From positions 1-64,000 of the forward strand of contig CAUYUJ010000323.1 of NCBI GenBank assembly GCA_963575745.1: a stretch of 64,000 bases of DNA. The letters run 5' to 3'. The notes beneath the pieces are model-generated. The model was not told the DNA's origin and made no database searches. It saw nothing but the letters and a program-made list of their open reading frames with translations. Position 1 is the first letter of the stretch, and each line of letters opens with the position of its first letter. The DNA is from Prorocentrum cordatum (Eukaryota). This document shows positions 1 to 14,151 of this stretch, one piece after another. The translations under genes and the position numbers were made by a program.

Positions 1-181
1 TGCTCCGCCCCCCCGGCCTCCGCTGTCCCTCCCTCCCGCCTCGGCCCGAGGGCCCCCTCCGCCCACACCCGCCCTGCCGGGAGGGGAGCCAAGGCGGGTG
101 GCGCAAGTGGTGGAGCCTCGTGAGGTCCAGTGCACCACCCTGGCTTGGCCTCTTTCATCCTCGTGATCGCTATGTGATATA

Positions 182-225
<44 letters not shown>

Positions 226-297
226 CCGATTATATGTAGAGAGAGAAATATAATATACATGTGTATATATATACATATGTGTATATATAGATATAGA

Positions 298-540
298 TAC
301 AAGACTGCCTTTGCGCTTCGCGCCATGCACCTTGTTCCTTGTGAGTTCGAATGTAGGTGGCGTGCGCGCGCGTGGACGTGGGCCGGCCACCTCCAAGTCG
401 GAGTGGGTCAGGATCTCCTAAGCGGGAGCGACTTGACAACGCCAGCTCTGGCCAGCTCAGGGCGTTTCTGTGGCCAGAGGCGCGAGTCTCAGGCGACTGG
501 TTGGGGTAGCATGGAGCAGGGCATCCTCCTCTTGCTTTCC
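298..540 (+). repeat. Dispersed ~240-bp repeat, copy 1 (preceded by (TA)n, followed by CT-rich tract)
   Basis: Colinear with 1215-1455 (shared AAGACTGC..., CCTAAGCGGGAGCGACT, GGCCAGCTCAGGGCGTTTC, GTCTCAGGCGA). Confidence 0.85.
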
Positions 541-629
541 TCCGCATTTTCCTCCCCCCTCTTTCTCCTCTTCATCTTCATCCTCTTTCTGCTCTTCCTT
601 CCTTTTCCTCATTCCGCTTCCTTCTCCTC

Positions 630-2970
630 TCCCTGTTTCGCTTCCGGTTGACTCGGGGGGCGTCCAGACGACCCCAGGACGGCCACAGGGAGGCGCAAGA
701 CAGGCCCGAGGATTCGAAAGTCTTTTGGGGGAGGGCGGGGGGCGGGGGCGCTCCCCCGCCCTATAGTGCCCAGAAAGGGGGGCCCAGAGATGGACAAATG
801 TAGGAAAATCATGGGAAAAACAAGGTTTTTGGTCTTCTCGCCTTGGCGCTTCCGATTGGCTCTTGAGGCGTCCAGATGCCTCCAAGACGGCTCGAGATTA
901 GGCCCCAGACGAGCCCCAAAGAGGCCCAAGGCTGGCGCAACAGGGCCCGGAGAGTGGGAAAAACAGAGAAACCACACTAAAGAGACAATGCTTTCGGCCT
1001 TTTCGCTTGCGCACCATCGCTTGACTCGGGGGGACGTCAAGATGACCCCAGGACGGCCACAGCAAGGCGCAAGACAGGCCCGAGGAGGCGAAATGCGTTG
1101 GGGGGGATGCGCGGGGGTGCGGGCTCTCCGGCCCTATAACAATATACAATTAGGAGAATCTATATATATATATATATATATGACAACATAACACATGTAA
1201 AACATATATAAATATAAAGACTGCATTGGCGTTTCGCGCCATGCATCCTGTTCCTTGTAGTTTCGAGTGCAGGCGGCGTGCGTGCGCGTGGACATGGGGC
1301 GCGCCACCGCCAAGTCGGAATTGGTGAAGAGTTCCTAAGCGGGAGCGACTGGACAACACCAGCTGAGGCCAGCTCAGGGCGTTTCGGGGCCCAGAGGCGC
1401 GAACATGTCTCAGGCGAGTGGTTGGGCTAGAATGAAGCGGGGCATCCCCCTTCTCTTTCTCCTCCTCCTCCTCCTCCTCCTCCTCCTCCTCCTCCTCCTC
1501 CTTTTTCTCCTCCTCTTTCTTTCGTTTCATCCTCATCCTCTTTCTCCTCTCTCCCCCTCTTCCTCTAATTCCTCCTCCTCCTCCTCCTCCTCTTCCTCCT
1601 CCTTCTCTTCCTCCTCCTCCTCCTCCTCCACACAGGCTGGCCGTAGAGGGCCCAGAGATTCGAAAATGAATTTAAAACCATTGGAAAAGCAATGTTTTCG
1701 GCCTTCTCGCCGTTTCACTTCCGATCGGCTCGGGAGGCGTCAAGATAACCCCAGGATGGCTCCAGAGAGGCGCAAGCCGAGGCCCACAGAGGCCCAAGGG
1801 CTGGCCGAAGAAGGCCCAAATAATGGAAAGCCGATGAAAACCATTGGAGAAGTAATCTTTTTGGCCTCGCCGTTTCGCTTCCGGTCGGCTCTGGAGGCGC
1901 CAAGATAGCTTCAGGACGGCTCCAAATGAGTCCCCAGACGAGCCCCAAAGAGGCTCAAGCCTTGCCCAAGAAGGCCCCCAAAATAGAACACGGATGAAAA
2001 TCATGGGAAATCGATGTTTTTGGCCTTCTCGCATTTCGCTGACCATCAGCTCTTTAGGAGTCAAGATAGCCCCAGGGCGCTCCAGATGAGTCCCCAGACG
2101 AGCCTCAAAGAGGCCCAAATCTGGCCCAACAGTGCCCAGAAAATGGAAATCAGAGAACATGCATTGGAAAAGCAATGTTTTCGGTATTCGTTTTTTCGCT
2201 TCCGCTTGGCTCGAGAGGCGTCAAGAGAGCCCCAGGATGGCCTCAGACAGGCGCAAACCGAGGCCCACAGAGGCCCACGGCTGGCCGAAGAGGGCCCAAC
2301 GAATGAACAAATTGTAAATATCCATGGGGAAATCTGTATATTTGGCCTTCTCGCCTCGTCGCTTCCGATTGGCTCTTGAGGCGTCAAAATAGGCCCAGGA
2401 CGGTTCCAGAGGAGTTCCCAGACGAGCCCCAAAGAGGGCACACACTGGCCCTAGAGGGCCCGGAGGTTCGAAAATCACTTTCAAAACCATTGGAACAACA
2501 ATGTTTTCGGCCTTCTCGCCGTTTCGCTTCCGATCGGCTCGGGGGGTGTCAAGGCTGGCGCAAAAGGGCCCGGAGATGGCGCAACTCGGCCTGGAGAATG
2601 GGGCCCACTAGTGAACAAATGTAGGAAAATCGTGGGACAGTCAAGGTTTTGGGTCTTCTCGCCTTGTCGCTTCCGATTGGCTCTTGAGGCGTCGAGACAA
2701 CTCCAATACGTCTCCAACTGAGTCACCCGACGAGCCATAAAGAGGTCCAAGGCTGGCGCAACAGGGCCCGGAGACTGGGAAAAGCAGATAAAACGTAGAA
2801 GAAAAACACCGTTTTCGGCCTTCTCGCTTTTTCACTTCTGGTTGACTCGGGGGGCGTCCAGACGACCCCAGGACGCCCACAGGGAGGCGCAAGGCAGGCC
2901 CAAGGATTCGACAGCCTTTTGGGGAGGGCGGGGGGGGGGCCTCCCCGGCCCTGCAGGGCCCGGAAAACAG
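630..2970. repeat. Degenerate complex repeat family (~100-200-bp units)
   Basis: Recurring TTTTCGGCCTTCTCGC..TTTCGCTTCCGAT.GGCTC and CCCCAGACGAGCCCCAAAGAGG motifs; related decayed units near 25.5-26.0, 32.55-32.78, 35.8 and 52.4-52.7 kb. Confidence 0.75.
1215..1455 (+). repeat. Dispersed ~240-bp repeat, copy 2 (preceded by (TA)n, followed by (CCT)n)
   Basis: Diverged colinear copy of 298-540. Confidence 0.85.
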
Positions 2971-4140
<1,170 letters not shown>

Positions 4141-4227
4141 TTTCCTTATAGATAATTCCTCCTTTTGCACCCCGAGGCAAGTTTTTAGGGCGGGCTGGGC
4201 GTTCCGCCTGAGACTCCCTCACCATTT

Positions 4228-5345
4228 ATGATTGAGGGCCGGTCGTTTTCAAAATGTGGCTCTCGCATTAGCGCCACGCGCGCTCTTATTAAAAGTTTGC
4301 AAGAGCTTCACGGATTCAGGGCGGCTCCTTTTCAAAATGTGGCTCTCGCCTTAGCGCCGCGCGCATTCGTTTGAAAAAATGCGAAGGTTTCACGGATTGA
4401 GGGCGGTTCCTTTTCAGCATGTGGCTCTCGCCTTAGCGCCGCGCACATTCGTTTTCAGTGCTTGCAAGGGCTTCTCGGATTGAGGGCAGGTCGTTTTCAA
4501 AATGTGGTTCTCGCCTTAGCGCCGCGCAGATTCGTTCGAAACATTTGCAAGGGCTTCACGGATTCAGGGCGGTTGCTTTTCAACATGTGGCTCTCGCCGT
4601 AGCGCCGCGCACATTCGTTTTAAACATTTGCAAGGGCTTCTCGGACTGAGGGCGGGTCGTTTTCAAAATGTGGGTCTCGTCTGAGCGCCGCGCATATTCG
4701 TTTGAAACGTTGCAAGAACTTCACGGATTGAGGGCAGGTCGTTTTCAAAATGCGGCTCTCGTTTTAGCGCAGCGCACATTCGTTTGATTTTTTTGCCAAC
4801 GTTACACGGATTGAGGGCGGGTCGTTTTCAAAATGTGGCTCTCGCCTCAGCGCCGCGCATATTCGTTTTAAACAGTTGCAAGGGCTTTACGGATTGAGGG
4901 TCGGTCGTTTTCAAAATGTGGTTCTCGCTTTAGCGCCGCGCACACTCGTTCGAAACATTTGCAAGGGGTTTCACGTATTCAGGGCGGTTGCTTTTCAAAA
5001 TGTGGCTTTCGCCTAAGCGCCGCAGACATTCGTTTGCAACAATTGCAAGGGCTTCACGGATTCAGGGCGGTTCCTTTCCAAGATGTGGCTCTCGCCGTAG
5101 CGCCGCGCACATGTGCTTGAAAATTTTGCAAGGGTTGCGGATTGAGGGCGGCTCCTTTTCAAAATGTGGCTCTCGCTTTAGCGCCGCGCACATTCGTTTG
5201 AAAAGATGCAAAGGTTTCACGGATTGAGGGCGGGTCGTTTTCAACAGGTGGCTCTCGCCTTATTGCCGCGCACATTCGCTTTAAACATGTGCAAGAGCGT
5301 CACGGATGAAGGGCGGGTCGTTTTCAACATGTGGTTCTCGCCTTA
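4228..5345 (+). repeat. ~82-bp tandem minisatellite, ~14 diverged copies
   Basis: Unit GGATTGAGGGCGG.TCGTTTTCAAAATGTGGCTCTCGCCTTAGCGCCGCGCACATTCGTTTG... recurs about every 82-83 bp. Confidence 0.95.
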
Positions 5346-5394
5346 TCCAGGCCTCCTGGATGGGGCCGGAGTAGATGGAGTCGGTGGAGTCGGT

Positions 5395-5602
5395 TCTGGG
5401 TCGTCAAGACGCAGCAGTCAGGTTGACACTTGGCGTTGAAATCCAGAGAACAATGTGTTGGCATGCTTCAGGGTCTTTGAACGGTTATATTTCAACGAGG
5501 CTCTCTCAATGGAAATGAACCGTTGTAGGGGCTCATGAAGAGGGAGTTTGGAGGGAGGGTGTCTTCCAACATCGTTGATAACTCTTGGGTTTACCCTGGT
5601 CC
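5395..5602 (+). repeat. Dispersed ~200-bp repeat ending in (CCT)n, copy A
   Basis: Reverse-complement similarity to 26787-26975 and 29220-29420 (core CCAACATCGTTGAT..CTC..GGGTTTAC.CTGGTC). Confidence 0.85.
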
Positions 5603-6082
5603 ACCTCCTCCTCCTCCTCCCCCTCCCCCTCCGCCTCCTCCTCCTCCTCCTCCTCGTCCTCCTCCTCCTCCTTCCCCACCCCCCCCCGCCGCCTCCTCCT
5701 CTTCCTCCTCCTCCTCCTCCTCTTCCTCCTCCTCCTCCTCCTCCTCCTCCTCCTCCTCCTCTCGCCTCCTCCTCCTCCTCTCCTCCTCCTCCTTCCTCCT
5801 CCTCATCCGCCTCCTTCCCCTCCTCATCCCCCTCCTCCTCCTCCTCCTCCTCCTCCTCCTCCTCCTCCTCCTGCTCCTCCTCCTCCTTCTCCTCCTTCCC
5901 CCCTCCCCCACCGCCTCCTCCTCCTCATCATCATCATCCCTCCTCCTCCTCCTCCTCCTCCTCCTCCTTCCTCTCCTCCTCCTCCTCCTCCTCCTCCTCC
6001 TCCTCTCCTCCTCCTCCTCCTCCTCCTCCTCCTCCTCCTCCTCCTCCCTCCTCCTCCCTCCTCCTCCTCCTCCTCCTCCTCC

Positions 6083-6115
<33 letters not shown>

Positions 6116-7160
6116 CCCTCCTCCTCCTCCTCCTCCTCCTCATCATCATCCTTTTACCTCCTCCTCTGACTTTACCCCCCCACCCGCGCGCCAGTCGCCG
6201 TGCCCCAGCCTTGCCTCGCTGGGGCGCCGCGGCGGCGATGGGGCGCCCGTCGCCCGCCGCGGCGCGAGAGCGCGCACGCCGCGTGCCGCCGCAGCGCCGC
6301 GGAGGGGCGGGTCGCGGGGGGCGACGTCCTCGTCATCGTCGTTGTCGTCGACGTCCTCATCCTCATCGGCGACCTCGTCCCCGTCGTCGTCGTCGTTGTC
6401 GCCGTCCTCGTCGCCGTCCTCGTCGTCGTCCTCGTCGTCGTCCTCGTTCTCGTCGTCGTCGTCGTCATCGTCGTAGTCGGTGTCGTCGGCGTCGTCGGTG
6501 TCGTCGACGTCATCGTCCTCGTCGACTTCCTCGTCGTCGGGGGGACTCAGCGGGGAACGTTAGGGATCGAGGCTCGATGGTTTGGGACAGTTTCGCCAGT
6601 TCTCGGTGGTTCTCCAGCCTCGGGATGCGCTCCCACTGCTGCGCCGAGGGCTTTCCAGGGGTGCCACGATCGTCCCGAACGGCCGCCAGACACCCGAGTT
6701 ATGACGCGAAAGCCAGAGAACGAGAATTATTGGGTGTAGGCGTCGTCGTCCTTCGACTCCTCTTTTCCTCCTCCTCCTCCTCCTCCTCCTCCTCCTCCTC
6801 CTTCTCGTCCTCCTCCTCCTCCTCCGTCTCCTCGTCCTCCTCCTCCTCCTCCTCCTCCTCCTCCTCCTCCTCCTCCTCCGTCTCCTCGTCCTCCTCCTCC
6901 TCCTCCTCCTCCTCCTCCTCCTCCTCCTCCTCCTCCTCCCCTCCTCCTCCTCCTCCTCCTCCTCCTCCTCCTCCTCCTCTCCTCCTCCCTCCCCTCCTCC
7001 TCCTCCTCCTCCTCGTCCTCCCCCTCCTCGTCCTCCTCCTCCTCCTCCTCCTCCTCGTCCTCCCCCTCCTCGTCCTCCTCCTCCTTCTTCACCTCCACCT
7101 CCACCTCCACATCCTCCTCCTCCTCCTCCTCCTCCTCCTCCTCCTCCTCCTCCTCCTCCT
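5603..7160. repeat. (CCT)n-dominated low-complexity tract with (CAT)n/(GTC)n patches
   Basis: Directly visible. Confidence 0.95.
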
Positions 7161-7177
7161 AGCCGTTCTGGCACAAG
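7160..7177 (+). other. Relic dinoflagellate spliced leader at the LINE 5' junction
   Basis: TAGCCGTTCTGGCACAAG vs SL TAGCCATTTTGGCTCAAG, 15/18, starting exactly where (CCT)n stops. Confidence 0.7.
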
Positions 7178-7266
7178 TTATGTGCTTGTTGACGCGAACT
7201 TCAGAGCGGCACGCTGCGTCAACGGGCCTTCTGGCTCGGATCTTCTCAGTGATTGACTCGGGGTGT

Positions 7267-8545
7267 ATGACACCCCCGCCTGCCTTGCGCAATGGTAGTG
7301 CTAAAGGAGTTGGGCGTGGCAAAGGGCGTGGTCGTGATGACTGGTCCAGCGGCACGGCCGCCCCCCCGTGGCACTACGGCGCCTACATGTACTCGGACAA
7401 AAGTTCAGAAGGATATTCCAAGTTCAAGTGCAGCCCCTGTGGCTGTGCGAAGAACCCCAAGGCGGCCCGCTACTGCAAGCATTGTGGGACTCCTCTTGCT
7501 GCTGTGCGTCCAGTCGAAGGTGGATCGCCGCAGAGCGGGGCGTGGTCGCAGGCCCCTCCTGGCGTATTCTCCGCGGCACCTTGGGCCAAGCACTCTCGTC
7601 CTTTCCCTGGGCCCCCTGGAGGTCCTGGGCAACCTGCTGGAGCTGGGCACGGAGGTGGGCATCCTGGTGGCGCTGCCGCCAAGGCACCCCCTCTCCCCGC
7701 CGGGCCCCAGAGCCAGCTCAACGCGAATGAGGCCAAGCAGCTGGCAGATCTCGCGCGGAAAGGAGGGGACCTCACCACAGCATCCAAGTATGAGGCTGAG
7801 TTCAAGAAGCTGCACGCACTGGAGTCGCCCAAGCCTCCCACTCCACTACACCAGCGTGTGCAGCAGCAGTTCGCCGCGGTGGCTCGACTGGAGAAGGCGC
7901 TGGACAGGGAGGTGGACAAGCTTTTGGGCTGGAGGAACGACATCGCCAAGCTTGAGGACACGGTGCGGAGCATGCGTGAGGAGTTGACCACAGCCGATCA
8001 GCAGTACAAGGCTCTGGTGGCCGAGCTGCAGCAGCAGGCGTCTGTGGCTCCCGCCCCCGCTGCGCCAGCCCCTGCCAAGCTCAAGTTGGAAGACTTGTGC
8101 GCTGACACATTCGACCTGGGCGCATTCCTCACAGTGGATGAGGTCAGTTTCTTCGAGGGCGACGCCGAGCTCGAGGATAAGGACCGCGAAGAGATCGCCA
8201 AGAGGAAGGACGACCTCAACGCTGGCGTCTCCAAGCTCGCCAAGGACCTGCTGGGCCCCCCTGGTGGCCGCTGCCAAAGCGGCCCGAGATGCGCATCGAG
8301 AACACCTGGCTCGGGTTGCCAGCAAGCGGCGGCGCGCTGACCAGGGAGCGGCGGCAGGGGGAGATGCTGGAGCTGATGATGAGCCGCGTGAGGCACCTGC
8401 CGCTGCCCCTGGCACGGCGGCCGCTGATGCTGCCCCAGCTGGTGGTGGAGCCCCAGCAGCAGACGACGTGCGGGCCAGGGCAGAGAAGGCCCTACAACCT
8501 CCTCCCCCCGCCCCTGGCGGGGTGGGGGGAGGAACCACCGCCTAG
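7267..8545 (+). pseudogene. LINE ORF1-like protein: C4 Zn finger plus coiled coil, one frameshift near 8255
   Basis: ATG at 7267; FKCSPCGCAKNPKAARYCKHCG (RanBP2-like spacing); heptad-rich LEKALDREVDKL...YKALVAELQQQ; continues in the 8138-8545 frame after a C run. Confidence 0.75.
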
Positions 8546-8989
8546 CCTGGCCACACACCCATGCCTGCATGCGCCTGCCAGTTCCAGCGCTCTCACGGTG
8601 AGCGCCCAAGGGAGTTTTCACTGCCCGTCCCCAACTTTTGATGCGGATCGTTACGAAATCCATGGTCTCAGTGCGCCTTCCCTTTTTGGGTCGTATCAAG
8701 ACAGTGTCGACGGAGTGCGCAGCTCCCTCGACGCTCGGTGGGCCGACGCCCACCAGTGTTTCAATATGTCGCAAGCTGTAGAGGCCACCCTTGCCAAGAC
8801 GGACAGAGCCTGTCCCCGACAGGCCGCTGGCGGCCACCACCCTGGGCTTCGGCGCGGTCTTCCTGGATTTTTCGGCTCCAAGGGCCACGAAGCTTTTACC
8901 AGGGCCGCGCCAGGCCTCGGGGCCGATCGCTCTCAGGCTACCAAGTTTTTTCCTTTCCACGCCCCCGAACCCAGCCCTGGAGATTCAAG

Positions 8990-11900
8990 CTCGTCATCCA
9001 GACTGTCAATGTCACGTCTTGGCAATCCGACTCGGGAGGCGGCCTCAGAGCTTGGCTCCCCAAGTGCGGTGCACACGTTCTCTTAATCCAAGACCACCAC
9101 TTGCTGGAGTCTGAGCTGGAGGAGGCTACTGGCTGGGCCCATCGGCATGGGTGGAAAGCTAGCATTGGGCCCGCTGCTCCAGGAGTGGGACACGACACTT
9201 CGTCTGGGGTTGGGATTCTGGCCCAGAGTTCCCTGGGATGTCATGCTCCGCCTGGAGGCCATATCATCTATCAACACCGTTCGATCGGAGCTGTCGTGCA
9301 CATTCCTGGCGGTAATCCCATCCTAGTCTGCAGTACCTACTTGCGTACGGTCGAGGGGCTCTCGGAGGCCAACGTGGAGCTCCTAGCGTGCATCTGTACG
9401 GTCGTTGAGCAGGTAGGTCTGCCCACCATCATTGGAGCTGACTTTAACATGAGCCCCGGCAAGATCGCGTCGTCTGGGATTGTCAACAGGTTGGGGGCGC
9501 AGGTGGTCGTTCCCAAAGACGTCGTGGGCACATGTGGCACTAGCATGCTCGATTAGTTTCTCGTTGCTGCTGGGCCCGCCAAAGGTATCTCCTCCGTCAG
9601 TGCCATTCACACGTCGAACCTCGTTACTCACCTTCCTGTGCAGATGCAGCTTCACGCAGGGATTGGGAGGCTTCATGGGCTCGTGTTTCGGAAGTCCCCG
9701 CCGTTGCCGATTGAGCCCGCGATCGGTCCCGTGCCTCCACCTCCAGATTGGGCTGGACGTGCCTTAGATGCTTGCCGCAGTGGTGACGCGCACGCTGCAC
9801 AGTGCCTGCTCGACACCCTCTATAAGCACTGGGCCGACCTTTCGGAGAAGGAGTCAGCGAGAAGTAGACAAACCACCCTGCCCTGTTGGGGGAGCAGGGG
9901 GAAGATGCCACAGCAGCATTGGGTTAACATCCTTGATCAAGATCGGGAAGCCCCCCACCGACAGCCCCATTTGTTTTCGATCAAATGGCTCGTGGGCAGG
10001 TCCAGGCTCCTTCTCCAACTTGATGCGGTCGCTATAGGATCCGCCCAGTCCCAGGAAGTTCGGAGGTTGTTGCTCAACCCTCCCAGCTTTTTGAAGCAAG
10101 GGCTGGAAGTCCACAGCGACCTCGTCATGCGGGTGCAGTCTTTTTAAGGCCAGCATGATCACCTCGACCTTGCTATCGGGGAATCCATCCTTTCCGACTT
10201 AGATGAGCACCTTGCGACTTTTGCCGCGAAGGCCAAGTCGCAGGCCCTCGCTGAGTGGAAAGAGTGGCTTCTTCAGTCCATCGACCAGGGCGCCAGGAGA
10301 GCGCATCAGCAGGTCAGAGGCAGCCAGCCATAGGCCCCCACCACGACCCTCAGCAGGGATGGAGCTGTCGTCTCGGACCCCCTGGCGCTGCTGGCTTCGG
10401 AGGCCCAAACATTCAGTCAGCTTTGGAGCGCCACCCCCGACCCCCCCTCCGAAGGAGGCCAAATTCCAATTCGTTGAGCCCCTCCCCCGCCTCACTGTTG
10501 AAACCCTGCGTTCGGCTTCTAGGCGGTATGCCGCCCGTTCTGCTACCGCTGTTGACGGTTTCCACATGAAGCATTTTGCCTACCTTTCGGATGGGTCCCT
10601 GGATGTCCTCGGCACCATGTATTCCATCATGGAAGCTTCTGGGCTGGTTCCTGGGCAAACCTCCCTGGTTGCGCTTTTCCTTCTCAACAAACCCTCTGGA
10701 GGGTATCGGCCCATCGGCTTTTTTCTGTAGCACTCACCGCCTCTGGGGGCGGTGCCGCAGGCCCTATGCGGCCCATTGGGAAAGCAAGTTTCAGCGAAGC
10801 TACTTTGCTGGGCCCCAGTTTTCTTCCGCGGTCGATGTTGTCTGGAGGCAGACTTTGCGTGCTGAAGGAGCTGTGGCCAGTAATCAGGCGAGTTGCGCGG
10901 TTCTGTGGGATCTCTACACATGTTTCGAGTTGATTCACTTGGGCGCGCTCCTTCAGCGGTGCCATCAGTATGAGTTCCCCGTCCAGTTAGCTCGGCTTGC
11001 TGTGCGAGGATATCGGCATGGCAGGTTTATTTCTCTTGGCGGCGTGGTCGTCGGCCCGTTCCATGTCACCAACGGCGTTGTCGCCGGCTGTGGTCTCGCG
11101 ACCACCATGGTGCGCATCAGTGCCATCCCCGCCTTAGACGCGTTGCAGCTGCCACCAGGAATCGCGCTCGACGTTTACATTGACGATTACGGTCTCAGCT
11201 GCAACGGGTCCAATGCCTACATTACCAGGCACCTCCCTGAGGCCGCAGCCAAACTCAGGGAAGCCATCGAGGTCGATATGGGGGCGATCATTTCGCCTGA
11301 CAAAGCTTCTCTCGTCGCCTCGTCGGACGCGCTCGCCATGGAAGTCAGGGACTGTCTCGGCGGCCTCGCGGGGCCCATCGCCCAAGGGACCGTCAACCTG
11401 GGCATCGACTTTGCCCCAGGTTCCTCCCGGCGGCTTCCTGGCAAGGGGAAAAAGTTTTCCGACCGCAGACGGTTTTCAACAACAAAGTCAGGAGGCTCAA
11501 GCGAGCCAAGCGGCCCCTCGGGCGGCATGCTGCCAAAGCTTTTACCGCTGGCCCCCTCCCCAGCCTCACGTTTGGGTCTGAGGTCCATGGGCTTTCGGAT
11601 TTTGAATGGCACAGATTGCAGGTCGCCGCCGCCAGTACTGTGCAACCGTCTGCCAAGATGAGGTCACGGACCTCTGTGCTGATTTTATCCCAGGACCCGA
11701 CCTGGTACCTTGCGGTGGCGCCCATTGTCAGGTACTCCAAAGAGATCTGGGCCAACCAAACCAAGCTCTTTCCCTTTGTTATCCCGTGGGCTGAGCTGAG
11801 GGACGTTTGGAGAGGGGTTTTCGGTTCCCCTGGGCCCAAAACCTGGCGCGGGGTCCGCGGGCCCCTGGGGGCCATGACGTTGGCCCTGAAGAGGATTTCT

Positions 11901-14151
11901 TGGAGCATGCCCAACTACTGTACCCTGTTGGATGATTTCGGAACCGAGGCGTCACTCACAGTCACTTCCCCAGCCCTTCTGAAGAAGCTTTTGAAGGCCG
12001 CTGTTCAGAGGACCCATGAGAGATCCAGCGGCGCTGCTCTGCTCCCGCATATTCCTGGAGCTCGAGTTTGCCATGACGTGGTGGCAGCCACGCTCCGCTC
12101 CAAGAAGGGCACGCCGTACCAGCGAGGTTGTGCCGAGGCTGTGGCTTGTAATGCCACGTGGATTAGGACCAGAGCTGCTGAAGCAGGGTGCGCTGTTAGC
12201 GCGGCCTGCGAGCTATGTGGGGGCGCGCCCGATACCATGCTTCATCGGCTCTGGTTCTGCCCAGCGTGCCATGACAAGGGGCAGGCGGTGTTTGACAGTT
12301 TCAAGCCACAGTTGCCCCTCCTGCCCCCGCCCGACCTCGCGCCCGAGAACAACGAAGAGGACCACTTACTGTTTACTCGTGGCCTGTTTCGGCATCCAGG
12401 GAATGTTTTTCCTTTCCCTGCTCGTGATGATGTAGAAGATACTGGACTTGAGATCATCTGGGCCAATGATCGTTCGTCTAGATCGCTTAATATTTCTGGA
12501 CATATATTTGTGGACGGGCCCTGCGCTGCGCACCCTGTTAAAGAACTCTCCAGGGCTGGGCGGGGGATAGTGATGGCAGGTGACGATGGTGACGAGATCT
12601 GTCGCATCAGTTGTCCACTATGGGCCCCCAACCTCCAGACTGCCCAAGGGGGGGAATTTGGGGCCTACGCTGTTGCTGCAATGCACGCCCTGCCAGGTAC
12701 TTCTATATACGGCCGGCCGGCCGTACTCTGATTGTAAGAATGTGGTCGTGCAAGCCAACGAGCCACTGCTCAGGGCTTTGTCCCACCAACGTGTGTATTC
12801 AGGATTCTTGCCCCCCACCCACCGCAAGCTTTTAGAACGGGTTTTTAAGGTCAAGGCGCATGTCGAAGAATCCAGTGACCTCACCGAGTTGGAGCGGTTT
12901 TGGAAGCAAGGCAATGACCTTGCTGATGTTGTTGCCAAAAGCTCGCTTTCCCGCCACCCGCAACCCGACCCCGAGGATGTGGCATGGCTCGAGCGATGCC
13001 TCTCTATCGCACAGTGCGTTATGCGTCTTTCAACCGAGCTGATGCCAAAGTGGCCTCGGCTCAACCTGACTGGGGTCCCGCTCGTCCCCAAGCCACCCAG
13101 GCCCAAGTTTGAGCCGATGTCCCATCAGTGGACTCGGGTTTCTTCGTTTTGGCAGCGCATTGAATGTCTCAAGGTTGCTAAGGGCGTACCGCGGACGAAC
13201 CCCGACGGTTCTCGGCCTGGAGGGCTCGACCCGCCCGCTCCTGGGAAGTGCCTTAGATATTCCAGGCTGACGTCCGCGGTGCTTACTGCCCTCAGGCACA
13301 ACTGCATCGCTTTGCTATGCTCCGATGGTGCTGCCCTCACCATTTGTATGCGATGCTATGCCTATTCCTCTCATGGGCAGCCTCGCAATTTACTTAGACA
13401 GTGTGACGGCCAACCGCAGAGTGCGGGTGCCAAGTCTGCCTGGAGTTCTGTGGGGGCTGGACGCCACCCCAAGCGCAAAGGCGTTTCCGTCGAGGTTGGC
13501 CCCGGGTATGAAGACTTGGAGCAAGAGGAGCGGCCTCGGCGTCTCACCGACCAGGAAAGGGAGTTGCGGCTAGCTAAGCTGGTGCGGAGGCTAGTCACCG
13601 CAGCAGGGGGGACATCAGTCCCAGCTGGCGTGGAGCTGGAGGTCGACCCTCCACCGTCAGCACACCCACAGGGGCAGCATCAAGATCGAGTCGTTGGCCC
13701 TTCGTCCGATCCGTCGTGCACCGTCGAAGCTGCTGCCCCAACATCTCTCCCTCTAGGACCGCGTGACGCGGAAGAGGAAGCAGCCTTTTATTTGTTTGGC
13801 TTGGCTGGTGAGAGTCCCTCCCAGCAGGCCGTGCGGCAGGTGCCTGGGCCAGCCTCGTCGGTTGGTGCGTTCGGCCGAGATCGAGCTGCCTCAACCCTTG
13901 AAGAGGACGAGGCCTCGCACGTCGCCGTAGCCGCACCACAGTCTGATGACTCAGACCAAAGAGATGCAGCATGCGTCCTCAGCGTGTGTGTGCGTTTCGC
14001 CCTGACCTCATTCTTCTCTGGTCGTGGGCTTCGGGGGGCAGGCGGTGAGCCACAGGGGATCCTCCCCTCCTGTGGGAAATCGCACCGTGGCTCTCGCGCC
14101 TGCCCTCCTTTCACATTTTCACTGCTCGCTGGCCCGCTCCAGGCCAGATAG
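8990..14151 (+). pseudogene. LINE ORF2: APE endonuclease, reverse transcriptase, CCHC finger, RNase H, C-terminal Cys/His modules
   Basis: APE: TVNVTSW, LLIQDHH, IGADFNM, MLD*F, THLPV. RT: AVDGF, KPSGGYRPIG, GVVAGCG, VYIDDY (11173-11190). Finger: CELC...HRLWFC. RNase H: IFVDG, QGGEFGA, YSDC, KVKAH, GNDLAD. Confidence 0.93.

Noticed and set aside
4228..5345. CRISPR-like repeat
   Set aside because: The entire 82-bp unit is repeated with scattered divergence; there are no spacers and no cas genes.
5548..7260. N-terminal part of the 930-aa ORF
   Set aside because: Read-through of microsatellite; real coding signal starts only after the SL relic.
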